Positions 48,608 through 62,826 of a stretch of DNA of 64,000 nt are shown one piece after another. The first letter of the stretch is position 1. Each line of letters starts with the position of its first letter. The notes under the pieces were generated by a model. It was not told the origin of the DNA. It worked only from the letters and a program-made list of their open reading frames with translations, and did no database searches. The stretch comes from Squalus acanthias (Eukaryota): the NCBI GenBank assembly GCA_030390025.1, contig CM059433.1, positions 28,026,001 through 28,090,000 of the forward strand, written 5' to 3'. The position numbers and the translations under genes are program-made.

Positions 48608-51600
48608 CAAGACTAGAAAATAGGCAACAAGGGAGTTTGGCAGTGCTAAATGGCATATACTTCAACGCAAGGAGTCTAGGGAATAAAGCAGATGAGCGGA
48701 GGTCACAGATAGACATGTGGGAGTATGATATAAGAGCTATTACTGAGACATGGCTGAAAGGGCAGGAATGGCAGCTTAACATTCCTGGTTACAGGGTTTT
48801 CAGACGAGATAGAGAGGGGGATAAAAAAAGAGGTGGGGTCGCAATATTGATTAAAGAGACAATTACAGCTGTGAGGAGGGAGGATATCTTAGAAGGATCA
48901 TCAAATGAGGCCATATGGGTTGAACTGAAAAAAAAGAGGCAATCACACTGCTGGGAGTGTACTATAGACCTCCAAACAGTCAGAGGGAGACAGAAGAGCA
49001 AATATGTAGGCAAATTTCTGAGACGTACAAAAATAGGGCTGTAATAGTAGGGGATTTCAACTTCCCTAATATTAACTGGGATAAAATTAGTGTGAAAGGC
49101 ATAGAGGGAGCAGAATTCTTAAAATGCATTCAGGAGAACTTTTTTAGCCAGTACGTAGCAAGCCCAACAAGAGATGGGGCGGTTCTGGATCTAGTTTTAG
49201 GGAATGAAGCTGGGCAGGTGGAAAGGGTATCAGTGGGAGAGCATATTGGTGGTAGTGATCATAATTCAGTTACATTTAGGGCAGTTATGGAAAAGGACAA
49301 GGATGGGCCAGGAATAAAGTTCTCAGTTGAGGAAAACCTAATTTTACTAAGCTGAGAGGCGATTTAACCAAAGTGGACTGGAGACAGAAACTTGAAGGTC
49401 AGAGCAGTGGGAGGCATTCAAGGAGGAGATCGTGATAGTTCAGAGCAAATACGTTCCCTTAAAGAGAAAGCGTGGGACTAACAAATCTAGAGCTCCCTGG
49501 ATGTCATGGGGCATACAGGGTAGGATAAAGAAAAAAAGGGAAGCTTATGACAAATACCAATGGCTCAATACTGCAGAAAGCCTAGAGGAGTATAGAAAGT
49601 GCAGGGGTGAAATCAGAAACAAAATTAGGAAAGCAAAGGAGGGCATGAAAAAATATTGGCAAGTAAAATCAAGGAAAACCCAAAGATGTTTCATAAATAC
49701 ATTAAGAGCAAGAGGATAACTAAGGAAAGAGTAGGGCCGATTAGGGACCATAAAGGTAACCTGTATGTGGAAGCAGAAAACATGGGTATGGTTCTTAATG
49801 AATACTTTGCATCTGTTTTCACAAAAGAGAGGGACGATGCAGACATTGCAATTAGGGAGGAGGAGTGTGAAATATTAGATGAAATAAACATAGTGAAAGA
49901 GGAAGTATTAAGGGGTTTAGTATCTTTGAAAGTGGCTAAATCCCCAGGCCCAGATGAAATGTATCCCAGACTGTTAAGAGAAGTAGGAGAGGAAATAGCA
50001 GAGGCTCTGACCATCATTTTCCAATCCTCTCTGGCTACAGGTGTGGTGCCAGAGGACTGCTAACATGGTATCGTTGTTTAAAAAGAGAGAAAGGGATAGA
50101 CCGAGTAATTACAGGCCAGTCAGCCTAACCTCGGTGGTGGGAAAATTATTGGAAAAAATTCTGAGGGACAGGATAAATCTTCATTTAGAAACACATGGAT
50201 TAATCAGGGACAGCCAGCCATTCATAATTCCAGCCAGCCATTCATAATTCCAGCCAGCCAGCCCGCTAACCAGCCATTCATAATTCCAGCAAGCAAGCCC
50301 ACCAGCCTGGACAGTCAGCATGGATTTGTTAAGGAAAGGTCATGTCTGACTAATTTGATTGACCCTCCTTGTTACCTCCTCAAAAAATTCAATGAGGATA
50401 GTGTGTTCGATGTAGTCTATATGGATTTTAGCAAGGCTTTTGATAAGGTCCCGCATGGCAGACTGGTCACGAAAGTAAAAGCCCATGGGATCCAAGGCAA
50501 ATTCACAAGTTGGACCCAAAATTGGCTCAGAGGCAGGAAACAAAGGGTAATGGTCGAAGGGTCTTTTTGTGACTGGAAGGCGGTTTCCAGTGGGGTTCCA
50601 CAGGGCTCAGTACTAGGTCCTTTGCTTTTTGTGGTATATATCAATGATTTGGACTTGAATGTAGGGAGTATGATTAAGAAGTTTGCAGAGGATACAAAAA
50701 ATTGGCCGTGTGGTTGATAATGAAGAAGAAAGCTGCAGATCGCAGGAAGATATCAATGGACTGGTCAGGTGGGTAGAACAGTGGCAAATGGAATTCAATC
50801 TAGAGAAGAGCGAGGTAATGCATTTGGGGAGGGCTAACAAGGCAAGGGAATACACTGTAAATGGTAGGACACTGAGAAGTGCAGAAGATCAGAGGGACCT
50901 TGGAGTGCATGTCAAAAGATCCCTGAAGGTAGCAGGACAGGTAGATAAGGTGGTTAGGAAGGCATACGGGATACTTGCCTTTATTAGCCGAGGCATAGAA
51001 TATAAGAACAGGGAGGTTATGCTTGAACTGTATAAAACACTAGTTAGGCCACAGGTAGAAAACTGCATGCAGTTCTGGTCACCACATTACAGGAAGGATG
51101 TGATTGCACTAGAGGGGGTGCAGAGGAGATTTACGAGGATGTTGCCTGGGCTGGGGAATTTTAGCTATGAGCAAAGATTGGATAGGCTGGGGTTGTTTTC
51201 TTTGGAACAGAGGAGGCCGAGGGGAGACCTAATTGAGGTGTATAAAATTATGAGGGTCCTAGATAGAGTGGATAGGAAGGACCTATTTCCCTTAGCAGAG
51301 GGGTCAATAACCAGGGGGCATATATTTAAAGTAATTGGTCGGAAGTTTAGAGGGGATTTGAGGAGAAATCTTTTCACCCAGAGGGTGGTGGAGGTCTGGA
51401 ACTCACTGCCTGAAAGGGTGGTAGATGCAAAGAACCTAATCACATTTAAAAAGTACTTGGATATGCACTTGAAAGTGGGATTAGGGTGGATAGCTCTTTG
51501 TCGGCCAGCACGGACAAGATGGGCCGAATGGCCTCCTTCTGCGCTGTAAATTCCGATGATTCTATTATACAGGGCCTTCAAGAAATGCTGCCTCAACTTC

Positions 51601-51769
51601 AATGACATGCTCTTCACTATTATCATATGTTTACATTTGTTTCGAGTTAGTTAAAGGGGTTTGGATAGCATTGATCTTCACCGCCCCAACCCCCACCAAG
51701 AGATAGTAATAGTTAGCTGTCTGGGGGTGGGGGAAGAAATTATTCTGCATGATTGACCTCTGCAGTAAG

Positions 51770-52205
51770 CTGTCGGAGTCAGAAGGTTGTGGGTTCAAGC
51801 CTCACTCCAGACACTTGAGCACATAATCCAGGCTGACACTCCCAGTGCAGTACTGATGGAGGGTTGAACTGTCAGACGTGCCGTCTTTCGGATGAGACGT
51901 TAAACCGAGGTCCATCCATCCGTCCGCTCATGTGGATGTAAAAGATCTCGTGGCACTATTTAGGAGATGGGGAGTTTTCCCACAGTATCCTGGCCAATAT
52001 TCAGCCCTCAACCAACACCTAAAACAGATTATCTGGTCATGACTTCATTAATCTATGTGGGAGTTTGCGGTGTGCAAATTGGCTGCCGCATTTCCTACAT
52101 TACAACAGGTGACTGCACTTCAAAAAAGGCACTTAATTGGCTGCAAAGTGCTTTGGGACGTCCTGAGGTTGTGAAAAGTGTTATATGAATACAAGTTTGT
52201 TCTTT
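51770..52205 (+). mobile_element. SacSINE1/DeuSINE-like SINE
   Basis: B box GGTTCAAGCC, core and tail. Confidence 0.8.
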
Positions 52206-55200
52206 TTTTTCTTAATTGAACCTTAAACAATGTAGTGTTTCTTCACCATTGAATTATCTTGCTCTCAAAATATTATTATATTTGGGGAAGACAACGCATT
52301 ATTGGAAACTTTTTCCTTTGGAATCGATTTTGGAACCACTGAATCCACACATAGCCAGTCTTAAACCTGCCCACTCTACAAATCAGAAACAACCTTTCAA
52401 TACCAGTTTCTACAAAAGTAATAAAATGGTTCCAACACACAGATTTTACTCTCTCATTTATTCATTCTCGGGATGTGGGCGGCACTGGCAAGGCTGAATT
52501 TATTGCCCCTCCCTGGATGCCGAGAAGGTGTTGGGCCTTCTCATTCATGGCTGCAGTCATGGTGGTGATGATGCCACCATAGTGATGTTAGTTAGGGAAT
52601 TCCAGGATATTGACCCATTGACGATGAACCCAAATCCTCTCCATCACTAAGACCGCCTATTTCCACCTCCATAATAATCGCCCACCTCAGCCCATCTGAG
52701 CCCATCTGTTGCTGAAACCCACGTCCACACTTTGGTCACCTCCAGACTTGACTCTTCCAATGCTGTCCTGGCCGGCCTCCCAACTTGCACCATCCGTAAA
52801 CTTCAGCTCATTCAAAACTCGGCTGCCCGTATCCTAACTTGCAACAAGACGCGTACACCTATCACCCGTGCTCACTGGCCTACATTGGCTCCCGGTCCAG
52901 CAACGCCTTGAATTTAAAATTCTCATCCTTGTATTCAAATCCCTCCATAGCCTACTCCCTCCTTATCTCCAACCTCCTCCAGCCCTACAACCTTACGAGA
53001 TCTCTACGCTCCTCCAATTCTGGTCTCTTGCGCATCGATTTTCATCTCCACCATTGGCGTCATTTAAAACCTACCTCTTTGACCAAGTGTCACCTGTCCT
53101 AATATTTCCTATGTGGCTCGGTATCAAATTTTGTCTGGTAATGTTCCTGTGAAGTGCCTTGGGATGTTTTACCTCCTCCCCAGATTACCCGCCAGAACGT
53201 TTGCAAGAATCTGCGGATCCAGTTGAAAAACCAGAGGATTGAAGGCTGCCAGATTTTTTTTTTAAATAACCTGGGTTTTGTTTTAAATTGAGAGTACACT
53301 TAAAAACACAAGTTGGAAGCAGATTTGGGGACTGACCCCACCTGCCAAGTAAAGGGGGGTGGGCGGGGGAGGTGTACGACAAGTCTAAGTGAGCTACAAG
53401 GTATAAAGCAGTGCCTTAAGAAAAAATCTCTGGTCTTCCACGTTAAGAATTAACTTTCTTCACTGGGGTTAATAAAGTTCCAGCCAAAAGAGATCAAAAT
53501 TGTCTTCACTTTGCTCTTCACTGAACAGTGCTTTTTTTTAAAACTTGCAAAGGCTCACTAATGCACACTATTGTGGGGTCTCAGAAACCAACTGAACTGC
53601 TTGGACAAGTCCAGAGTTTGTTACTGTTTAGCTTAGCGAAGAGGAATGCTGAGTGTGCCAGGGAATGATATGTTCTCATGTCTGTTTCCCTCCTGCACTA
53701 GTCTTCCACTTGGAACATCCTGTATTCTCCTTGTACTGACTTGCCTTTGGGGAGGGCCACAGTTGAGTAGCCAGGCGTAAAATTAAATTATATGCATAAT
53801 GGTTAAACTACGGGAGTGGGGGGGGGGGGGGGGCGGTGGAGATAGAGGGCGGGGTGCGGAGGCAGGGGGGGGGGTGGAGGAAGGGAGGGGGCGGAGGAGG
53901 ACCAAGGGCACCAGGGAGAACGCCGCTGCAAATCTTTGAATAGTGCCGTGGGATCTTTTACGTCCACCTGAGAGAGCAGACGGGGCCTCAGTTTATTGTC
54001 TCATCCGAAAGACAGCACCTTCGACAGTGCAGCACTCCCTCAGTGGAGTGTCAAAACTACATTTTGTGCTCAAATCTCTGGAGCGGTTATCCTCCAGTAC
54101 CTCACAACTGGCCATTATTAACGTGGGAGCCTCGGTAGCAAGTGTTAGCAGGCAATTCTACTGCAGAGAGGGGGGCAGGGGGTGAAATCTTAACTGATCC
54201 AGATACTGTCCTCAATGGACAACCTTGTAAACAGTGGAGATACACAGGTTATCAAGAGGAGAATAGATTTCGATGAGGTCATGCAGGTTCACAGGGGCAT
54301 CATCATCATATCTGGAATACCTCAACAACCATTGGAGGGTTCGGAAGCAGTGCACTAGTGCTTATGCAGGAGACGGAGACATCCGCAAACTTTGCATAAG
54401 CCCATGCACCCCCAATACTTGAACTAAAGACTTTAGAAAAGCAGGACAATTGGTCTCTGAGCACATTATCACTGGCCTTTGATCACCTTAAACGGAACAT
54501 TAATAGAACAGTACCATGAAAAGAACAGATACCAGTCACCAGTTGGAACATGCGCAGTACACTGACCTGTTTCTGCTCTTAGCATATTCCCTAGCATTGC
54601 AGTTTTGTGAGAGAAGTCCCAGAGGCATCGAAAATGCCAATTTATGAGCCAGAACAAGTTGCTAACTACAACTTACAATCAGTGTAGTCAACAACAACTT
54701 GCATTTATAAAGCGCCTTTAACGCCCCAAGGCACTTCACAGAATTTGACACTGAGCCACACATGGAAATGTTGGGACAAGTGCTCAAAGGTTCAGTCAAA
54801 GAGGTAGATTTTAAGGCGCAGTGTCAGTTGTAACAATAACAATCAACACACAGTGCACCAATGACAGAAATCACGACCAGACGACAGGAAGGAGCCACAG
54901 AGGAGAATATAGAGGTTACAAAAACTGCAAACAAACTAATGTTGCGTCTCAGCTCAAGATTTTACTTCAACAGATACAGAATCAAAGAAGGATACAGCAC
55001 AGAAGGAGGCCATTTGGCCCATCGTGCCTGTGCCGGCTCTCTGAAAGAGCTATCCAATTAGTCCCAATCACCCTGCTCTTTCCCCATTGCCCTGCAAATG
55101 TTTTCCTTTTCTTCAAGTATTTATCCAATTCCCCTTGAAAGTCACTATTGAATCTGCTTCCACCACCCTTTCAGGCAGTGCATTCCAGATCAGAACTCGC

Positions 55201-56048
55201 GGCAGAAATAAAGATCCTCCTGTCAACTCTGGTTCTCTTGCAAATTACTTTAAATCTTCGTCCTCTGGTAGTGTGTTAAAAATATAAAGTGACTAAAGCA
55301 GCAAAACATTAACAAATAAAAAGGCACAAGCATTTCAAGTTACAATACACAGCTTATGACTGGAACAGCATTTAACCAAAGCAGTGCCGGAGTTGCAGCA
55401 TTTGCTGGAATTATACACTGTAGCTGAGCCAAAGATACATGTGGGACACACAAGAGTACTAACCCATACAACACATCCGGTTCACCAGCCGAGCATTCAG
55501 CTCTCTCTCACTGGGGAAAAGGCCCATCTCTCGTCCAGGCTGCACAATGCTAGCTTCTGACATTTCCATTTTCAATGCTGAGACATACAAAAGTAAGGGA
55601 GGCGTACTTACTAAAGAAGCTCCTCCTACTTATCCTCAAGAACAGCCACTCCCCCACCCACTCTTAAGACAGGAAAGAAAGCACAACCAGCACACCTATT
55701 AAAAAAAAATAAAGACGTTTCTTCCCGACAGTTATCACAATGAAATATGCATGGCTGAAGAGAAAGTGGAATCATTTCAGGTACACATATTTCATGGTGT
55801 ATTCCTGCAACAAGACGGCCAGGAAAGTTGTCTAAGTTATCATGGAACAAAAATGTAAATGCAGAAATATGACTTGTGTAATTAGAGTGACTCAGAATTG
55901 CCTAAGTAATTTTGGTCTGGCCTGGTGTTAGATTCTGATTATTAAATGGTTCACTGTAAAATAAAAGGCAAGATGTTATTGGCCGAGGGTGGGGGCAAGA
56001 AAAAAAACCAGAACAAAACTGGGGTCATATTGTACCAAGGAATGGTCA

Positions 56049-56049
<1 letters not shown>

Positions 56050-56087
<38 letters not shown>
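56050..56087 (+). repeat. (AC)19 microsatellite
   Basis: Read directly from the sequence. Confidence 0.95.
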
Positions 56088-56090
<3 letters not shown>

Positions 56091-57340
56091 AAATCCTTTC
56101 CCCCCCAAAAAAGGGAACTGCCTCAGAAGCGAGGCAGACAGACACAGACCTGCACCTTCACGGCTGTCTCCCTAATACCAACAGATGATATTGCTTTTCA
56201 TTACAATCTTCTGGAAGCTCCAAGAGATGAAGAGAAGCTTATTCAGATTGTGTACAGTACAAGATCTCTGACTTCCTGCTCTGCAATTATTACCCGACCT
56301 CTGTTCTTAATAGCTAGGTACATACAAATAGCAACCTCAAGTCCAAATTGGAATAAACAAACTGGAGCGGTTTGACAACATATTTTAAAAAAACAAAACT
56401 TGAGCCCAGATGAAAATCTCAGCCCGACTGATCTACAGTACAGCACTGCTAAATAGCGAGTGCAGCCTGACTGATCTACAGTAAAGTATGGCCAAATATG
56501 GAGTACAATGTAAGCATTCAAAATTTGCAAAGAAACCAAAGCTCATTCAGCTGACTGAAAGTGAGTTCCACTTAGAGGGTTAGGACATTTTTTTTTGGGG
56601 GGGGGGGGGGGGGGGTGGTGCGGGGTTGCGGGTGGTAGGTTAAGGTAGGTTCAGTGGACTGAAATGGGCAATTTCATGGGGAATTCATTTAGCAATTTAA
56701 AGCCAGCAATAAATTCTTCCAGCTCTTTGTATTCTGGACAATATTAATAAACAGCAAAAAGGGTAATGAAGCAGTTAGCAGTCACTCCAGATTTGCCTCA
56801 AGACTTAAAAGAAGAAAAAAAACAATGTGCATTTATATAGCGTCTTTCACAACCTCAGGATGTCCCAAAGCACTTTATAGCCAATGAAGTACTTTTGAAG
56901 TGTAGTCACTGTTGTCATGTCCTGGATGATGACTCAGGATTGCACAAAGGTAAAGCTGCTTTTTAAGGAAGTGGATAGTAGTCAGTTAACACACAGTCCT
57001 TTTGCCTGCGGGATATAAGTTTCAAATCCAACATCGACCAACTCCACACTCTTGACAGCTGTACGGGTCATTGTGAGAGAGGAGTTTGTCCAGCCAACCC
57101 AGTATCTACTGGGCAGCTGCCAACTCAAAACTGTGCAAACTGCCAATTTATGGGCACCAAAGACTCAAGGAAGTGAATCCTTCCACCAATTTAGACCTTA
57201 TTGGAGCCGATGGAAAACGTAGCTTTACGCTACATCTGCCTTGTGACAGAGAGCTACAAGCGCTCAATTCTGATACTAAATTAGAAGTGTACCATCTGCC
57301 TGCACTGACATCATTTGCTGATTAACAAATTTGTCTTAAA

Positions 57341-57356
57341 ACATACATACACACAT

Positions 57357-57397
<41 letters not shown>
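57341..57397 (+). repeat. Compound (ACAT)/(AC)n microsatellite
   Basis: Read directly from the sequence. Confidence 0.9.
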
Positions 57398-57399
<2 letters not shown>

Positions 57400-58164
57400 T
57401 TTTTCTTGCGCGCCTATTAGTTTTAAACAAATAAAGGCTGAAAAAAGATACTTTTATATTTAACATGCGCTCAATCTTATAGCATCCAGTGCGGTACTGA
57501 GGGAGTGCTGCACTGTCAGCAGTGCCTTCTTTCGGATAAAAAAGACATATCATATAGCGCCTTTCATGACCACCGGACGTCTCAAAGCACTTTACAGCCA
57601 ATGAAGTACTTTTGGAGTGTAGTCACTGTTGTAATGTGGGAAACGCGGCAGCCAATTTGCACACAGCAAGCTCCCACAAACAGTAACATGATAATGACCA
57701 GATAATCTGTTTTTTATGTTGATTGATGGATAAATATTGGCCATGTAGAATCAGAGAAACCACAAAATACACCTGAACCCAAGATAAACCCTCAGAAGAA
57801 TGGATAGAAAAAAAATCTTTGAAGGACTGGATTGTTATTCTAACCAACACTGAACAGTGTTAAGAGAGATTTTTTTTTAAATAGAAAATTCAACAAGTTT
57901 GCAACTGGTCAGCCAATATCAGTTAACAGATGGGCTGAGGTAGGGGCCGAGGCGAAACATGGTAGAGGTGCAAGTTTGCTGTGTTTGCGATGGGAGTGGA
58001 CAGGATCAGGTGTGTCTATGATGTCTCAATGTCTGGAATCACACACGAGGACTGTCTCAGTGGGGAGGAGAGAGGTTGGAGAATGTTGACTGCTAGAGGA
58101 ACTGTTCTCTAGCACGAGTAACTGCCACTAAGAGGCCAGGAGAAGAAAGGGAAATGGTAAGGGT

Positions 58165-58165
<1 letters not shown>

Positions 58166-58198
<33 letters not shown>
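58166..58198 (+). repeat. (GT)16 microsatellite
   Basis: Read directly from the sequence. Confidence 0.95.
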
Positions 58199-58201
<3 letters not shown>

Positions 58202-61200
58202 GGCAAGTGCAAGTGCAATGCAAATCCACTTCTGATTCACAATATGTGGGTAAGTTAGCATCTCGACATAGAATACCGCTATTAAGTGGAGCCTTTACTC
58301 TTCCAAGCGTGTTCTACAAATGAACAAGGTTGCCCTTGCTTTCCATTAGCACATTCCAAATCTTCATTTGAGAATAGGTGCTCAGGCAAAAAGTCATTCC
58401 AAAAAATACCTCCAACATAATTGGGGAAAAAGTAAATTTTGCTTCCCAGGAGGTCAACATCATCGGAATTTGACAGGTAACAGCAATGCTTTGGAAAGAG
58501 GGGACAAAAAGGTTAAATTCCTGATCTGCTGAGATTCCCCCCATTTAAGATGCTTCACTCTGGGACATGGGTGGAATCCTGGATAGATCCCCACAGGCAG
58601 CAGTGTCTTCTGGTGACTGACAGCAGCACTTTACCTGTCATCGACCTCTCTGTAGTGTTTAGTGTGGTCAATCATGCCATCTTCCTCCAACCACCTCTCC
58701 TACATGGTTCAGCTCTTCCAGCTCCTGCACAATTACCTTCACAAGTTCCCCAAGGATCGAATCCCTGGCTCCTCCTCATCTAATTGATGTCCCTCAGTGA
58801 CATGGGGACAGGTTCCACATATATGTTGACAACATAACATTTAATTGTGGTCTATCACTCCACCACACCGAGAAGGAATCTCCTACAATTGAACATTGAG
58901 ACCAAAACCATTGTTTACAGCTCCTATCACAAACTCCAAATCCTTCCCACTGACTGCATCCCCTTCACTGGCTGCACTCTACTTCACCTTTCCGTTGCCC
59001 CCAAAACAGAGGTTCAAAGTCCATTAACAAGGCGACTTGCTCCCTCTGCTGCCGAAACCTCAATACACAATCTACGCCTTTCTCTTCAACCTCTCCTTCC
59101 AATTTTGCCAACTATAAATCCATAATTGTCCAAAACTTCATTGCTCACATCCTTTCCTGCACCAAGCCCCACTTCACCCCCATTCACGGAACTACACTGA
59201 ATTCACTGGGGGCTGGATGGGTCAATTTAAAATCATCACACCCCCCTCTACCAATTCCTCCATGGCCTTAAACACTAACTGATCTACTCCAGTTTAGCTC
59301 CCTCCTCACATCCTCTGGGCCGCTGATTTTGACCTCCAGTGCATCGCCTCATTCGGTGGTCGAGCTTTCATCGAATTCTCTGGAACTCCCTCCCTCCCTA
59401 AACCCCCTCCTCCATCTCTACTTGTTTCAACCTCCCTCCCCACCTTTAAAAGACTTCGAAAAACACAACTGTTGAACGAAGCTTTCAGGTCACCTCTCCT
59501 ACTCCTCCCACAGAGGCAGACATACCCCACACACAACTTGCATTTATATAGCGTCTTTAACGCAGTAAAATGTCCCATGGTGCTGCACAGCAGCGTTAGC
59601 AAACAAAGAGGAGACATTAGGACAGGTGACCAAATGCTTGGTCAAAGAGGTAGGTTTTAAAGGAGCGTCTTAAAAGGAGAAGAACATGAGGCGGAGAGAT
59701 TTACAGAAGGAATTCCAGAGCTTAGGGCTGAGGCAGTTGAAGTCACAGCCGCCAATGGTGGGGCGAGAGCGGAGCAAGAGGCCAGAATTGGAGGAGCGTA
59801 AAGATCTGACGGTTCTAGGGCTGGAGGGGGTTACAGGTGATAGGGAGAGGCGAGGCCATGGAGAGATTTGACCAAGTTAATCAGGTTGCACTGTTATTTT
59901 TAGATGCCACACAAACTCAGTCACTTGAATACCTTTGTTCCCAGGAGTTTACCTTGGATTCAAATTCAGTCACTGCTGTGCCAAAACTGCTCCAACACCA
60001 AACACGAAGCTTTTGGGCCATTGCCTCCCAGCCGTGGGCTGACACCTCCTGCCACGAGGGAACAAATCCGACCATTTGAGCAAACTAATGCTTACTGGAC
60101 ACTTTTATTTTAAACAAAATAACTTGGCAATATTTAACAATATTTCTGGGACATATTCCATTACCTCTGGTCTATTCAAATGATTTGATGAAAAAGCTAA
60201 ATTCATGCTGACTATCTATGGGGATCAATAGCAGCCATTAAGCAAGGCTGGTTAGTGGCAACAAGACATACAATGTTATCACTGATAAAATGTCAAGACA
60301 TGAACACACAAACGATAAATACCAACCCTCTCTTGTTCCTAGCAGGGAGTGGGAGAGGCAAGGAGATTACGGTAATCTTTTAACCCTCAATAATTTAAAT
60401 AGAAAACTCGGTAACTTTTCCAGTTTGCACATGACATTTGAGGAGATTCTCCACATTAGTTCTGTAAATCCTACAGGATAATACAAAAGCGGGAATGTCA
60501 AGCACTTGCAGTTTCCCACTAGGATGCTCGCTTTATGAGTAGCGTATGTTGGACTGCCGGACAAAAGACATTTGTGTCACCAGCAAATGGCTTGGCTGGT
60601 GGTGTTGCATGTGTTGATTTTCCAGTGTTGACTAAGCAGAGGCCTGGCACACCACTCGCCTCCTTCACCAGAGGAATTTTGAGGGTGCGACCCCTCCACC
60701 ACTTAGCCAGGTCAAACAGTCGCATCAACACCACAAACCAGCGAGCTGATACAGATGATCTAGGCAAATAGTAATATCCAGCTTTGACAAGGCTGTCATT
60801 TGGGGAACACAGCAACAGGAGCAGGCCATTCAGCCCTTCAAGCCTATTCCATCATTCAACTGGATCATGGTTGACCTGTGACCTCAACCCGATTTACCCG
60901 CCTTCGCTCCATATCTCTCAACACCCTTACCCAGCAAAAATCTATCGATCTCAGTCTTGAAATCTCAAATTGACTCCCAGCCTCAACAGTTCTTGGGGGC
61001 CAGAGTTCCAGATTTTCACTATCCTTTGTGTGAAGAAGTGCTTCTGGATTTCACCCCTGAACGGCCTAACTCTAATTTTAAGTTTATGCCCCCTTGTTCT
61101 CGATTCCCCCACCAGTGGAAATCGTTTCTCTATCTACCCTATCGAATCCATTTCTCACTTTAAACACCTCGATCAGATCACCCCTCAACCTCCTAAACTT

Positions 61201-62024
61201 AAGGGAATACACATCAGGTTTATGCAACCCGTCCTCATAATTTAATGCACTAATGGATTAGGAATAATCAAGTTCACCAGGTGCATAGCAATCACACTGT
61301 TAGATTATGTTCTTGAAATTCCAATGAGTGATATTCGTTACCAAGGTCACACCCTCAGCATTTCTCTGGCTGTGGGGAGTGCCTGCATTACCATGTTTGC
61401 GAGAGAACTTCCGTTATTAGAACAGTGATAATTATTCAGAAGTGCTTCATTGGCTGTAAAGCGTGTTGGGGTGTCCCGAGGTCGTGAAGCGCACTATAGA
61501 AATGCAAGTCTTTCTTTCTTCATCCACATTTTTAACAAGGCCATTACATTTTCATTAACAGAGCATGGACATTTTGTAGGCTGTTCAATAAAAATAAAGT
61601 GCACAATCAATGCCTCCATTTTGGTAACATATGCTGCCATGTAGTTAGATAGTAAATTTTCCTATGTGTACATTTTGTTTCTAAGACCATTAACAGTAAA
61701 AAATCTGACCATTGCAGTTTATGGATTTTTTTAAAAAAGAAATCTGCTGTGGAAATTTTAAGATACCAAAATGCTTTCAGCCAAACGAACAGCCACAATA
61801 CAATGGAGCACTTCTTGTTCCATATATTCAGTGGAACGTTCATGATAAAGAGCTGCTTTTGTCCTGAATCCATTTTCTACCACTACCTCTGTTAAAGTTT
61901 CCAGTCCCACGCAATTCCCAAGTAGTGACAAACATCCTGAAAAGTACTTATTTAAAAGAATTACAGACAGGAGTCAAGACATATAATCACGACATAGACA
62001 GACATGACCAATGATAGCTAGTAG

Positions 62025-62455
62025 TGCCAGCCTTGGCTCAGTGACCACACTCTCGGCCTCAGAGTCAGAAGGTTGCCCCGCTCCAAGACTCGAGCACAAA
62101 ATCTCGGCTGACACTCTAGTGCAGTACTGAGGGAGTGCTGCACTGTCGGTGGTGCTCTCTTTCAGATGAAACGTTAACCCTGCCCTCTCAGGTGAATGTA
62201 AAAGATCCCACGGCACTATTCGAAGAGGAGCAGGGGAGTTCTCCCGTGTCCAGACCAATATATATCCCTCAACCAACATAAACATCTGGTCACGTATCTC
62301 ATTATTGTTTGCGGGATCTTGCTGTGCAAAAAATTGGCTGCTGTGACTCCTACATTACAGCAGTGACTATACTTCAAAAGTACTTCATTGGTTGTAAGGC
62401 ACTTTGGGACGTCCCGCGGTTGTGAAAGGTGCTGATTAAATGCAAATTCTTTCCT
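62025..62455 (+). mobile_element. SacSINE1/DeuSINE-like SINE. Further partial copies near 5952-6173, 7030-7345, 11683-11770, 13398-13512, 20583-20690, 29315-29655, 34301-34450, 37360-37470, 37840-38110, 46640-46880, 53910-54085, 56826-56920 and 57485-57745
   Basis: Shared head, core and tail motifs recognised by eye. Confidence 0.75.
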
Positions 62456-62826
62456 TCTACCGAATGAACTCAACATCCACCCAGAGTCCATTCCATACAT
62501 CTTGGACTCCCGTTAGACCCTTGCCCCCAGACTTTATGATCCCCACCAGGCGGGCGGACCACAATTTCCACGGCCTGCTGCCAGGAGCTCCTCCCAGCTT
62601 GCTGGAAGAGAATTAAAGTGGGTGGGGTGGGGTGGGGAAAAGCGAGGGACTAAAACAAGAGAGGGAAGGAGGATGAAATGAAACCTATTGTAGATGAGAC
62701 ATCAGTGGCTCTGCTGGGAGTGAAGGGACGGTGCTGTTGGTAAATTAGCAGGCCCATATAATGTTATAAAACTTACCACACAAGCATGGAATAATTGCCC
62801 ATATATTTTAAACAGGAAGGAAACAA

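Larger units (their letters stand above)
47606..51565 (+). mobile_element. Older CR1 LINE: ORF1 end plus near-complete but disrupted ORF2, interrupted by a DNA-transposon insertion
   Basis: Fragmented ORFs carry YFNARS, ITETW, YYRPP, GDFN, SDH, KSPGPD, NYRPVSL, DFSKAFDKV and GVPQGSVLGP with several frameshifts. CR1 3' tail near 51520-51565. Confidence 0.93.

Noticed and set aside
55612..55662. Strong GTAAGT donor with a 51-nt phase-1 open cassette
   Set aside because: The exon ends TTTA, which would change the conserved Asp of DERD, and the peptide is unrecognisable.
56150..56230. Possible short first exon ending GCA G|GTCTGT, near a KIV-encoding stretch reminiscent of plectin 1d
   Set aside because: An in-frame TAG lies between the ATG and the donor, and the donor is weak.
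60519..60815. 98-aa minus-strand ORF as a candidate alternative first exon
   Set aside because: No convincing donor and no recognisable similarity. Its 5' end abuts a CR1 tail.
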